Shown piece by piece: positions 24,466 to 33,699 of a stretch of DNA of 64,000 nucleotides. A program made the translations under genes and the position numbers. A model generated the notes under the pieces. That model saw nothing but the letters and a program-made list of their open reading frames with translations. It ran no database searches and was not told the origin of the DNA. The DNA comes from a virus (lineage: Duplodnaviria; Caudoviricetes): positions 64,001-128,000 of the IMG/VR virus record IMGVR_UViG_3300036805_000167; one strand, given 5' to 3'. The stretch's first letter is position 1. Every line of letters begins with the position of its first letter.

Positions 24466-25688
24466 CAGTGGCCCTGGCGCTTGATCTCGGCGCTGGCTTC
24501 CTGGCTGATCGTGTCCGCCTGTCGGCGAATACGCAGCAGCGCACCGAGACACCCGGGGTTCGTCGGGTCGGGGGTCGGAGTGGGGTCCGGGGTGGGGTCG
24601 GGGGTCGGAGTGGGGTCCGGAGTGGGGTCCGGGGTCGGAGTGGGGCCAGTGCCGCCACCGGGGGCGGGAACCTGCGTACCGGAGGTCAGGACGGTAAGCA
24701 GCTTGCCCCAGTCGACGACGCCGAAGCCGGTGGTCATGTCGCGACCGGGTCCAGCCTTGTAGCCGCCGTTGTCGCCGACGGTGACGTCGTAGGCGATGGT
24801 CGGGTTCGTCAGGACGGTGTTGAGCAGGTCGAAAGTCTTGCCGTAGGCCTGCTTGGTGATCGCGTAACAGGCAGCGTAGAGCGGCGCGACCGCCGAGGTG
24901 CCACCGATGACGTAGGTCTGTCCATCGACCACGACCTGGTAACCGGTCGACGGCGAAGCGTTGCCGGCGACGTCGGGAACCTGGCGCCCGGCGAACACCT
25001 TGGAGACGCCGCCGCCGGTGGCGGACTGGGTGTCGGAGTCGTCCCAGGTGACCTCGGCCTTGCGGGTGCCGTCGGAGTTCAGGGTCAGCCTGGTGCCACC
25101 GCAGCCGATCACCGACGGGTCCGAGGCCGGATAGTCGGTGACGTCCGAGCCGGTCGAATCCTGCGAGCCGGTATCCCCGGAAGCCACGAACACCGGAATG
25201 CCGGCGGCGCGGGCGGTGGCCAGCACCGCCGAGAACGACTTGATCGACGCTGAGGACCACTGGTTCTCGGGGCCACCCCAGGAGATCGACACCGCGTCGC
25301 ACTCCGAGGCGGCCTGTTTGGTGGCGTCGATGAACCCGGAGTCGGTGTTGGCCGCGAAGTACACCCGAATCTTGGCGCCCGGGGCGATCCCGGCGACCAC
25401 CTCGACGTCGAGCATCACCTCACCGTCGGCGCCGTCCGGGCCGTCGGACTTGGACTTGCCGCCGTCGACACCGACCACGGTGACGTTCGCCGACGAGAGT
25501 CCGGCCTTCGACATGTCCCCGGTGATGAACCCGCCACCGAGCTCGACGATCCCGACAGTGGTGCCGGTGCCGTCGTGGTCCAGTGGGGCGTTGTAGGCCT
25601 TTGCCACGTCGCGGGCGTTATAGGACGCGCCCGCCGCGCGGGGGCGAACGATCCCGGTGGTGATGGGCGGCTGGACGATCTCGGACAC
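24465..25688 (-). CDS. Sedolisin/kumamolisin (S53) serine protease lacking propeptide
   Basis: EVMLDVE, SISWG, ASGDTGS, YPASDP, VPDVAG, GGTSAVAP, DVTVGDNG; GTG25688 with GAGGA RBS; C-terminal PT/PD linker. Confidence 0.9.
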   Translation of the reverse strand: MSEIVQPPITTGIVRPRAAGASYNARDVAKAYNAPLDHDGTGTTVGIVELGGGFITGDMSKAGLSSANVTVVGVDGGKSKSDGPDGADGEVMLDVEVVAGIAPGAKIRVYFAANTDSGFIDATKQAASECDAVSISWGGPENQWSSASIKSFSAVLATARAAGIPVFVASGDTGSQDSTGSDVTDYPASDPSVIGCGGTRLTLNSDGTRKAEVTWDDSDTQSATGGGVSKVFAGRQVPDVAGNASPSTGYQVVVDGQTYVIGGTSAVAPLYAACYAITKQAYGKTFDLLNTVLTNPTIAYDVTVGDNGGYKAGPGRDMTTGFGVVDWGKLLTVLTSGTQVPAPGGGTGPTPTPDPTPDPTPTPDPTPDPTPTPDPTNPGCLGALLRIRRQADTISQEASAEIKRQGH

Positions 25689-25769
25689 CGTGAAGGACTC
25701 CTCGAGGTAGATGGCGCGCCAAGTGGCCTCGAAGATGGGCAGGCAGTCCATCTTCGAGGCCAAGGCAGA

Positions 25770-26147
25770 TCAGGCGCTCGCGCCGGAACCGTCGCCGGAG
25801 CCGTCGACTACCGGGGCGGTCGGGTCGCCGGAAACCGGGCCCTCGCCGCCACCAGTGGTGGACGGGACGAGCTGACCGACCTGGGCGACCGCGTCGTTGA
25901 GACCCGACAGGTCGAGGTTGGGGTTGGCGGCCTGCAGGTTCGAGATCTCGGTCTGGATGAGACCGGTGTCCTCGACGAGCTGCGCGGCGAGGTTGTCGAG
26001 ATCGGCCTGGGTAACAGCCATGGCTACTCCTAGTGCGTTGAGACGGCGGAGAACTTCGTGGAGCTCGCCCCGAGTTGCCCGCTGCTCGAGCAGGACGGGA
26101 CGCAGCAACCAGTCACGAAACTGATCGGGGACCGAGGAGTCGTGCAC
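25770..26147 (-). CDS. Hypothetical coiled-coil protein (alternative start 26021)
   Basis: MAVTQADLDNLAAQL; AGGAG before 26021. Confidence 0.55.
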   Translation of the reverse strand: MHDSSVPDQFRDWLLRPVLLEQRATRGELHEVLRRLNALGVAMAVTQADLDNLAAQLVEDTGLIQTEISNLQAANPNLDLSGLNDAVAQVGQLVPSTTGGGEGPVSGDPTAPVVDGSGDGSGASA

Positions 26148-26150
26148 TGA

Positions 26151-26378
26151 CTACTTCTTGCCCTTGGACTTCGAGGACCGGGGCTTGCGCGCCGGCATCG
26201 AAGCAGGGCCGTCGAGCAGAACGGTCTGCGGGCTCTGTCCAGCGACGTGCTGGCGGCCCTGATTGACGTCCGGCGCGTCTTCGCGGTCAGCGCCGCCGTA
26301 GCCGGACCCGGCCTGCGAGAGCGTGCCGCCGGCGTCGGGCGTGTTGTCGACGGCACCGGAGCCGACGGGGGTGGTCAT
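26151..26378 (-). CDS. Small hypothetical protein
   Basis: GGAGG RBS; basic C-terminus. Confidence 0.5.
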   Translation of the reverse strand: MTTPVGSGAVDNTPDAGGTLSQAGSGYGGADREDAPDVNQGRQHVAGQSPQTVLLDGPASMPARKPRSSKSKGKK

Positions 26379-26470
26379 CTCAGATGCCTCCATGAAAGAC
26401 GGACGAGTCCCCTAGCACGCTAGGCGGATGCCCTCTCTTCGCGGAGCCCTTGCATGGGTCCAGAGGAGAC

Positions 26471-27499
26471 TCACAGGGCCACAGCCGCGGACAACAAATT
26501 GAGCAGCTGGGAGACCAGCCCGCGGTCCTGCTTGGCAGGAGCGGGATCGGCCGGCGGCGTCTCAACGCTCGGCTCGGTCATCGGGGCCGAGTCGGTCGTC
26601 GGACTCGGCGCCTCGGTGCTCGAGTCGGTCGTCGGAGCTGGCTCCGTGGTCGGCTCGGCTGACGGCTCGGTCGTAGGGGCCGAGTCGGTCGTCGGACTCG
26701 GCGCCTCGGTGCTCGGCGGGAGGGGAGTGGCGGACCCCTCGGCGGGCTGTTGGGATTCGTCGGGTGGCGGCGGAGCCATCGCCTGGGTAGTCGGCGGCGG
26801 CGGCGGCGGCGGCGGAGCCTCAGTGGTCGGCAAAGCTGGCAGCCCCGGGTCCGCGGAGACGGGGGGTGTCACCGCATCGGCGGGGGTCGCCGCGGGCGCG
26901 GGAACACTCACGCCGTCGCTCGGCACGATTGCCGTCCCAGCTGGCGCCGGCGCTGCGGTGGGCGCCAGCGGCGAAGACGGCAGGCCCGTGGCTTGGGGCA
27001 ACGGTGCCTCGTTCGGCACGGGCGCGGGCGCCTGGACCGTGACCACACCCGGAGGCGGACCGACCAGGACCGTCGGCTGGCCAGGGGCAGCAACCATGAT
27101 CGGTCCACCCGGTACAGCAGGGCCGAGCGTCGTCGGCTGCGACCCCTCCGGGTCTCCACCGGCGAGTAGCGGCGTTTCCCCTCGCTGCACCTGTTCACAG
27201 GTGCCCACCTGGTCAGCCGGAGTGTTGGCCCCGGCAGCAGTACACACCTGGCGGAGTGAGCTGGACAGGCTGTATACCGACGGCGTCAGCAACGCCACGA
27301 CCAGTGTCAGGGCCAGCACGCCCACGACGAGCATCGCCAGGGAAAGTCGCTGCTGGCGAGTGCGCCGTCGTACCTTGACCAGGGTAGTGACAACGTCAGG
27401 TTGCTCAGAGCTCATCGACTTTGTCCGAGTCTGCGGCGCCGTGTCGACGCGAGGGGGTTCGTGGTGACTGTCAGTATGGCGCTCCTGGAGGGCGTTCAC
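26471..27499 (-). CDS. Membrane-anchored Pro/Thr-rich protein (lysis-cassette associated)
   Basis: TM, C..C pair, Pro-rich region; internal 40-bp repeat 26583-26622 / 26676-26715. Confidence 0.6.
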   Translation of the reverse strand: MNALQERHTDSHHEPPRVDTAPQTRTKSMSSEQPDVVTTLVKVRRRTRQQRLSLAMLVVGVLALTLVVALLTPSVYSLSSSLRQVCTAAGANTPADQVGTCEQVQRGETPLLAGGDPEGSQPTTLGPAVPGGPIMVAAPGQPTVLVGPPPGVVTVQAPAPVPNEAPLPQATGLPSSPLAPTAAPAPAGTAIVPSDGVSVPAPAATPADAVTPPVSADPGLPALPTTEAPPPPPPPPTTQAMAPPPPDESQQPAEGSATPLPPSTEAPSPTTDSAPTTEPSAEPTTEPAPTTDSSTEAPSPTTDSAPMTEPSVETPPADPAPAKQDRGLVSQLLNLLSAAVAL

Positions 27500-27813
27500 T
27501 GCGTTTGGCCGTAGTAAATAAAGTCGACCGAGGGCATGTCGTCGAGCCGAGCTCCCACCTCGATGAGCCGACCTCGGTAGCGGACCGCGAGCTCGAGGCC
27601 ACGGTCACGCTGGCGGCGCATCTCGTCGACGTCGTGCTCAGCGGCGTTCGCGCGATCCTCCTGACGCCTGGTCTGGGCGTTGAGTCGTTCCATGAGGGAC
27701 TGCTCGCTCTCCAACTTGCCCTTGCGCCACTGCTGGAAGACGTTCGCCAGGCCGGCGATAGCACCGGTGCCACCCGCGCCCAGTAGCAGGGGGAGCAGCA
27801 CGTCGAGGCTCAC
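27496..27813 (-). CDS. TM plus coiled-coil protein (lysis accessory)
   Basis: LLLGAGGTGAIAG followed by coiled coil. Confidence 0.6.
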   Translation of the reverse strand: MSLDVLLPLLLGAGGTGAIAGLANVFQQWRKGKLESEQSLMERLNAQTRRQEDRANAAEHDVDEMRRQRDRGLELAVRYRGRLIEVGARLDDMPSVDFIYYGQTQ

Positions 27814-28271
27814 CGGTCACCATCCGCTGTCAGTCGTCGTGCCAGCTGCAACAACCGCCACTGAGCCACCCATCGATCGAGCAACCCTGCTGCCTGCGCC
27901 AGCAATAGAGCAGCGACGAACAGGTAGGCCCCGTCGTGACGCGACGGTTCCCAGAACTGGGAGCCGACCGCTACTCCGTAGAGCGTCGCGGCAGAGGCCA
28001 GCAGGGGCAGTCCGACCAGTTCACCGGCCCAGCGCCTCACGATCATCCCTACTGAACAGATCAACCCACCTGCGATGAAGAACGACGCCCAGACGTAGAC
28101 CATCCACGATGGGACGTTCGCGGCCACGGCGTTGGACGGGAAGAACAGCGCGGCGAGCCCGCCCCCGGAGAACGCCAAGTACATGACGTGCGGCAGGAGG
28201 GTGCGTCGGTCGCGGTGATCTTCGAGCGTCTCCGTGTGCTTCCCTCGTTCGGGGTAGTGGAAGAGGGACAC
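27810..28271 (-). CDS. Four-TM membrane protein (holin-like)
   Basis: Four hydrophobic helices; ELVGLPLL. Confidence 0.6.
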   Translation of the reverse strand: MSLFHYPERGKHTETLEDHRDRRTLLPHVMYLAFSGGGLAALFFPSNAVAANVPSWMVYVWASFFIAGGLICSVGMIVRRWAGELVGLPLLASAATLYGVAVGSQFWEPSRHDGAYLFVAALLLAQAAGLLDRWVAQWRLLQLARRLTADGDR

Positions 28272-28353
28272 GGTGGTCAGCCTAAGAACGAGCGACGAGG
28301 CACTATCACTCTACGTGGGCGAGGTCAATGCTCTGAGTTACTCCGGAGGAGTA

Positions 28354-31300
28354 CTACATTCTGTTGTAAAACAGACTGCTCAGGACGTCCGGAGGGACGG
28401 GGGCCGCGTTGACGTCGACAGCCATCCCCGAGTAGGTGACCCCGGCCGAGGTGAACTGCAGCGCGTCAACACTGCCGCCGAGGACAGTGCCGCGTCCGAA
28501 GGTGGGGTTGGTCGCCAGGATGTCGTCGAACACCTTGCGAGGATTCTGGGCGGGGTCGGTCGTCGACGAGATCCAGTACCTGGAGTTAATTAGCCGCAAC
28601 CCGGTGGATGCGTCGATCGTGGCAGCGCCATGACTCGGCGCGTACCCCTGGAGGTTGGTGTAAAGCATCGTCACCGCGATGCCCGCCGAGTTGAAGGCAG
28701 CCAGGACCGCCAGCAGGTTGGACCAGGTGCCGCCGCCGTCCTCCCAGTCGAGCATCACCGGCGTCGTCGACGTGATCATCACGTCGCCGCCCCAGTTCGG
28801 GTTGTTCGACGAGACGCGCGTCGGGTAGGCCATCCCCCCCGCGAGCCAAGAGCACTGCGCGCCGCCGAGTGCATCGGCAGCTCTCGGCGCGGACAGCACG
28901 CCAGACGCGACCCCGGCCGAACCGACCCCGGTGTCCCAGTAGTGCAGACACTCCGGGAACGACTTCGGATAGTTGATAACCACCTTGTAACGCTGCCCAG
29001 GGGTCAGCGTGATCGGCGCCGAGAAGTACACCCGCTGCTTGCCGGTCCCCGAGAGCGGGAACGTCATGACCGGCGAGACCGCGGTACCCGAGGTCGCCGA
29101 GTTGGCGCGCCAGAGCTGCCCAGTGACCCCGGTGATAGCGGTGGAAGGCCGGTCGAACACCAGGCCCGTGCACTGCGCAGAAGCGCTGACGCGGAACTCC
29201 GTGCCCAGAGAGTAGGGCCCGTCGCTACGCACCGAGTCGACCGGCAGGTCGTCCGGGAACAGCATGCGTGACTCGGTGTCCAGCACTGCCTTGCAGCGGC
29301 TGGCCTGCGCCGCCGGGGACTCCGTGCCACCGACGTACCAGTACCCGGCGAACGTCTCCGACCACGTGGGCACACCCCGAGAGGTGGACAGCGCCGTCGA
29401 CCAGTAGGGGTCGATGGACGCGCCGTAGACCGAACCGGCGTCAGTAGTCCCACCCCCCTGACCGATCTTGGCGACGTGCCCGGCGTAGCCGGTGTTCGCC
29501 ACTCGCTGCAGGTCGATCGGCGTGCCCTGCTCCCATTGGTAGTGGCTGGTGTCGATGTAGAACGACCAGCCGGTCGGCGCGAGGGCCTGCACCGGCAGCG
29601 GGCGCACACTGATCTGGTCGTTGATCCCGTTGGAATCCAGGGTGCGGTGAGTCTTGACGACGATCCCGATGACCGGGGTCGACTCCCCTCGGAAGTGCAG
29701 GCGCGCGACCATCCCCACCTGAGTGCGGGGATTGCCGCGCACCGGAAGGTCCTCGAGGACGCTCACCGGCTCAGCCATCGCCGCCAGCAGCTCCTGCGCG
29801 ACCGAATCCAGCACCCCCGGGGTCTGACGCCAGTCGGAGGTGTTGAGCGAGAGCGCGCGGGGCGAACGGTACTTCGCGATGGACGCCTCGTTGCGGTACT
29901 CCTCGACGTGATCGGGGAGGGTGATCATCGGCCAACCACCGATGTGCAGCGCCGGGTCGCCAGGCTCACCTGCGAGGTTCGCGACGTTGGCGTCAGAGCC
30001 CAGGCGCACCGTGGTCGAGCTCGAGGTGTTGTTGACCGTGAGCAGCATCTTCCGCGGCCCGGTCTGGCAGTAGGTGACGACAACGATGTAGTTGTTGACC
30101 TCTCCCGTCCAGTTGGTGCCGTAGGAGTAGGTCCAACCGTGGGGGATGTCCCCGGTCCACTGCGGGAGCGGGTTGGGCGTCGTGGTCTGGTCGTCGAAGT
30201 AGTACGGGACCGTGCCACCCTGGCGGCCCGCCGCCCCCCACGGCCAGTCGAGCTCGAACTTCGAGATACCCGGGGGGCAGACGAACTGCAGCGCGTCCTG
30301 GGCCTGCACCACGGTCTGCCAGTCCCCCGAGTGGTACTTCGGGGTGGACGTGTAGCCGATGACGTTGCGGATCGAGTCCGACGAGATGGTGTAGGCGACG
30401 TCGGACAGGTTGGTCTCGACGTCGATATCAACGTCGACCGCCTCCGAACGAGAGTCGGTCCGCGGTCGAAAGAAGTACCGCCCATCAGGGGTGAAGCCGT
30501 GCACCCCGAACTCGGCCTGCACGGCAGCCTTGAGCACCTCCCACGAGTCGGCTGCAGCGACATCGGGTAGGTAGAGGAGCTCGTTGTTGCCGCGGGCGAT
30601 GTCAGCCTGCGGAGTGAAGTACTCGCCGGCCTGCCACTCCGCCAGCGACGGTGCGTCGTACTTGACCCACGCCTGCAGGTTGGTCCACCCGCGGAACATC
30701 TGGCCGTTGACCTGCAACGTCGGACGGTAACCGTGGGCCGGAGTCGTCGAGGGGATCGCGAGGGTGTAGGTGCGAGTGACCTGGTCGACTCGGACAGTGA
30801 TGACCAGGCTGGTCGCCGAGGCCATCCGGAAGTGCAGCCCCACGAAGCGCCAGCTGGGGGTCCTACCGGTGGGGATGTGCGGGGTCGAGTAGACGTTGTT
30901 CGCGCTGGTGCTCAGCCCGGCATAGATGTCGCCGTTACCGAAGCCCGACAAGAACAACCTCGGGTACTGGTTGTCGTCGTTGTCCGAGACGATGTCGCCG
31001 GGGCGAATCTGCAGGATGCGGTTCTCGAAGCTGGCGCCGAGGTTCATGTAAGACCCGATGTGCAGCCAGCACGACACGCCGACGCCGTAGCCCGCCGCGA
31101 ACTGGAACGGCGCGTTGTAACCGTCGGTGATGCCGTAGAACTCCTGGTAGCCGACGGTGCCACCGGTGGAGTTCTCCGGCGTGCCGAGCATCCCGAAGGG
31201 GTGGTTGTCCTCGGTCCACAACCCAGACTGTGGCCCCGTCCCGTAGATCGAGATGGGGGCACCGTTGAACCCGATCTCAGAGGCGAGACCGCCATGTCCG

Positions 31301-32178
31301 GTGCAAGAGATGATGGCGTCTTCGCGCGGCGGGGGGCTGGCGTAGATGCTGTTCTGACGCAGGACGAAGTCCACGACCCACTGGGTGTTGATCGTCAGCG
31401 CCCAGGGGCGGCGCACGGCGTGGGTGACGAACTCTGCGTACGTCGGCAGCGTGATGACCTCACGGATGCGCTCCGAAGGGTCCACGGCCTGCAACTGGAC
31501 CGACTCGTCGGCCTCGCCCATCCGCAGCGAACGGATCGGGCCGGTCAACTGGCGGTAAGTCTTCTCGCCGGCGTCGGTGAGTAGCCCCAGCTCGAACCGC
31601 GCGGTGGGGGTCACCAGAGTCTTGCCGTAGAGCGGAGAGTCGGGTCGGTACGGGGAAAGCTCCTCGGCGAAGGTGAGCTCAGCACCATCGCGGCGCCCAC
31701 CGAGCTGGGCGGTCAGCGTGCCGGTGGCGTAACCGTCGACCACGCCGGACTCGTCGGGGAGCTCCCCGGTGATGGACCGCTCAACCTCCACCGAACGGAT
31801 GGTGTCCGAGAGGTCGGACGCGATACCCGTGAAGTCCTCGTCGGTCCAGTCGACCTGCAGTGACCACGCGGGCCACCGCTCCGGGCGCCGCTCGGCCTCA
31901 TCGAACTGGGCGTCAGTGATGACCGGGATGACGATGCCGCCGAGCGCGCGGGTGGAGGCGATCCCCGGGTGACCCGGCCAGGACTTGATCGGCCGCCCAG
32001 TAGTGACTCCGGCGCCCGCCGTGCTCGGCTGCGACGCCGCCGTGTACCCCTTGGCGCCGACGCCATGGGTGCCGCTCGAGCCGACGAGCCCGTGCCCGAC
32101 CAACGACGACTTCGACCAGCTACCGCCGGTCGCGACCGCGCCGGCAGTGGCCGCGATAGACCCTTGATAGGTCGGCAT
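28354..32178 (-). CDS. Large minor tail (hub/tip) protein with C-terminal GH25 domain interrupted by a DUF4082-like domain
   Basis: LQVDW..SVEVERS, LQAVD, SIAKY; IDTSHYQ...AKIGQG...GYWY [insert] VMLDWE...LQFTS...VDVN. Confidence 0.75.
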   Translation of the reverse strand: MPTYQGSIAATAGAVATGGSWSKSSLVGHGLVGSSGTHGVGAKGYTAASQPSTAGAGVTTGRPIKSWPGHPGIASTRALGGIVIPVITDAQFDEAERRPERWPAWSLQVDWTDEDFTGIASDLSDTIRSVEVERSITGELPDESGVVDGYATGTLTAQLGGRRDGAELTFAEELSPYRPDSPLYGKTLVTPTARFELGLLTDAGEKTYRQLTGPIRSLRMGEADESVQLQAVDPSERIREVITLPTYAEFVTHAVRRPWALTINTQWVVDFVLRQNSIYASPPPREDAIISCTGHGGLASEIGFNGAPISIYGTGPQSGLWTEDNHPFGMLGTPENSTGGTVGYQEFYGITDGYNAPFQFAAGYGVGVSCWLHIGSYMNLGASFENRILQIRPGDIVSDNDDNQYPRLFLSGFGNGDIYAGLSTSANNVYSTPHIPTGRTPSWRFVGLHFRMASATSLVITVRVDQVTRTYTLAIPSTTPAHGYRPTLQVNGQMFRGWTNLQAWVKYDAPSLAEWQAGEYFTPQADIARGNNELLYLPDVAAADSWEVLKAAVQAEFGVHGFTPDGRYFFRPRTDSRSEAVDVDIDVETNLSDVAYTISSDSIRNVIGYTSTPKYHSGDWQTVVQAQDALQFVCPPGISKFELDWPWGAAGRQGGTVPYYFDDQTTTPNPLPQWTGDIPHGWTYSYGTNWTGEVNNYIVVVTYCQTGPRKMLLTVNNTSSSTTVRLGSDANVANLAGEPGDPALHIGGWPMITLPDHVEEYRNEASIAKYRSPRALSLNTSDWRQTPGVLDSVAQELLAAMAEPVSVLEDLPVRGNPRTQVGMVARLHFRGESTPVIGIVVKTHRTLDSNGINDQISVRPLPVQALAPTGWSFYIDTSHYQWEQGTPIDLQRVANTGYAGHVAKIGQGGGTTDAGSVYGASIDPYWSTALSTSRGVPTWSETFAGYWYVGGTESPAAQASRCKAVLDTESRMLFPDDLPVDSVRSDGPYSLGTEFRVSASAQCTGLVFDRPSTAITGVTGQLWRANSATSGTAVSPVMTFPLSGTGKQRVYFSAPITLTPGQRYKVVINYPKSFPECLHYWDTGVGSAGVASGVLSAPRAADALGGAQCSWLAGGMAYPTRVSSNNPNWGGDVMITSTTPVMLDWEDGGGTWSNLLAVLAAFNSAGIAVTMLYTNLQGYAPSHGAATIDASTGLRLINSRYWISSTTDPAQNPRKVFDDILATNPTFGRGTVLGGSVDALQFTSAGVTYSGMAVDVNAAPVPPDVLSSLFYNRM

Positions 32179-32663
32179 CAGCTCACCGAGTCGCGCCAGA
32201 ACCCGGACGCGTCGAAGGCGTAGGTCAGATTCGACCCATCGAGGATGGCTGGCCAGTCCAGCCACACCAGCGGAACGATCGCGGAGTTCGCCGAGCCCGC
32301 AGTCGGGGCGTAGCAAACCCCGAGCTTGGCCAGCTTGTACGGCGTGGCACCCCCGCCCGAAGTCCCTGCCGTCGACCAGGTCGGGTTGGTGATCGCCAAG
32401 CTGACCTGGGTCGGCGAGTTGGACGGCGTGATCGTCACCGACGAGTAGGACTTGCGGGCGTAGGTCGTCCCACCCGTCCAGGCAGCTTCCTTGTTAGCGC
32501 TCACCGCGAGCACGTCCGCGAGGGTCAGGCGCGTCACCAGGGTCGAATCGGCTTCCACGCCGTTGGCGAGGATCACCGCGAGCAGCACGCCGGTACCTGC
32601 GTTGACCTGCTCGCAGTAGGACCGGGCCCGCCCCAGGGAGGCGAGAGTGGCCTTGTCGCTCAT
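32178..32663 (-). CDS. Minor tail protein
   Basis: NKEAAW..YARK; AGGAG RBS; position. Confidence 0.6.
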   Translation of the reverse strand: MSDKATLASLGRARSYCEQVNAGTGVLLAVILANGVEADSTLVTRLTLADVLAVSANKEAAWTGGTTYARKSYSSVTITPSNSPTQVSLAITNPTWSTAGTSGGGATPYKLAKLGVCYAPTAGSANSAIVPLVWLDWPAILDGSNLTYAFDASGFWRDSVS

Positions 32664-32679
32664 GGGTGTCGTCTCCTGG

Positions 32680-33699
32680 TCAGGGGGTGGTCTCGGTGAG
32701 TAGCAGAGCGGAGTCCCGTAGCCCGTAAAGCCGGTACGTGGTGGTCCCCGGGTCGGTGACGACGTACGGCGCGCCGCCGCCGGGCCACCATCCGCCGGAA
32801 AGGTCCTCCGGCGCGCAGTCCCCTTGCCAACTGCCCATGTTGGTCACGCCGCCGCTGGTCAGGGACCTGATCTGCCATGCGGTGGTGAACACCGAACCGG
32901 CAACGGCTGCCTCGTCGGACACGGTCAGTCGGGGGGTGAGTGACACTGCCCCGTGAGTGCCGGGGTCGACCTCCAGCACCAGCCGTTGCCACACACTCGA
33001 AGACAATACTGCCTGCTCAGGGCCGGTACCGTCGGCGTAGTAGGGGGAAGCGGTGCCATCGGCGGCGTACTCGGTCCACGCGAGCTCGACAGGCAACCCG
33101 GCGACACCGACCACCCAGCAGGACAGCTCGAGCGGACCCTCAGCAGGGACGGCTGGCAACTGCCAGCTGCCGTCGCTCGCGTCGCCGGTCAGATACATGG
33201 TCCCGGGGCCGCCGGAAGGGCGCTGCCACTCCTGGGCGCCGCGCAGCAACGGCGCGGGGGGCAGCGTGGTGCGGTCAGAGGGCAACGACTTGAGGTCCCG
33301 GTAGGACAGCCCCCCGGCGGTGATGGCGAACCCGTCGGTGGAGCGTGCACGCGAACCACCGGAGGCGACCTGCTCCGGTAGGCGGTTGACCTCGTGCGGA
33401 TCGATCAGCCGCAGCGGGTCAGGCACGAGGCCGTGCGACAAGGCATGTACGTAGGGCATGTGGGCGGGTAGCAGGTTGGCCCACCCCCAGGACCAGGTTC
33501 GCTGATATCCCAGAGTGTCGCGCCACTGCCTGCCGGTCAGCGACGTCGAGGAGCCGCCGAGGCGGGCATCAGCGACGGCGACGTCGGAGTAGATGTTGGG
33601 CAGCGGCCGCAGCCAACCAACCGACCCAACCCAGAAGGTGATGCCTTCGCTCTCGCCGCTGAGCAGCGACGAGGAAGGTGCTGCTCCGGGATAGGTCAT
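32680..33699 (-). CDS. Distal tail/minor tail protein
   Basis: RTWSWGW, PLRLIDP, LLLTE; position. Confidence 0.6.
   Translation of the reverse strand: MTYPGAAPSSSLLSGESEGITFWVGSVGWLRPLPNIYSDVAVADARLGGSSTSLTGRQWRDTLGYQRTWSWGWANLLPAHMPYVHALSHGLVPDPLRLIDPHEVNRLPEQVASGGSRARSTDGFAITAGGLSYRDLKSLPSDRTTLPPAPLLRGAQEWQRPSGGPGTMYLTGDASDGSWQLPAVPAEGPLELSCWVVGVAGLPVELAWTEYAADGTASPYYADGTGPEQAVLSSSVWQRLVLEVDPGTHGAVSLTPRLTVSDEAAVAGSVFTTAWQIRSLTSGGVTNMGSWQGDCAPEDLSGGWWPGGGAPYVVTDPGTTTYRLYGLRDSALLLTETTP

Noticed and set aside
24560-24650. Tandem GGGGTC repeats as a regulatory or G-quadruplex element
   Set aside because: They simply encode the PT/PD linker of the sedolisin.
26454-27467. 337-aa plus-strand Gly/Val/Ser ORF
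   Set aside because: Mirror of the Pro/Thr-rich minus-strand gene, which fits the operon direction.
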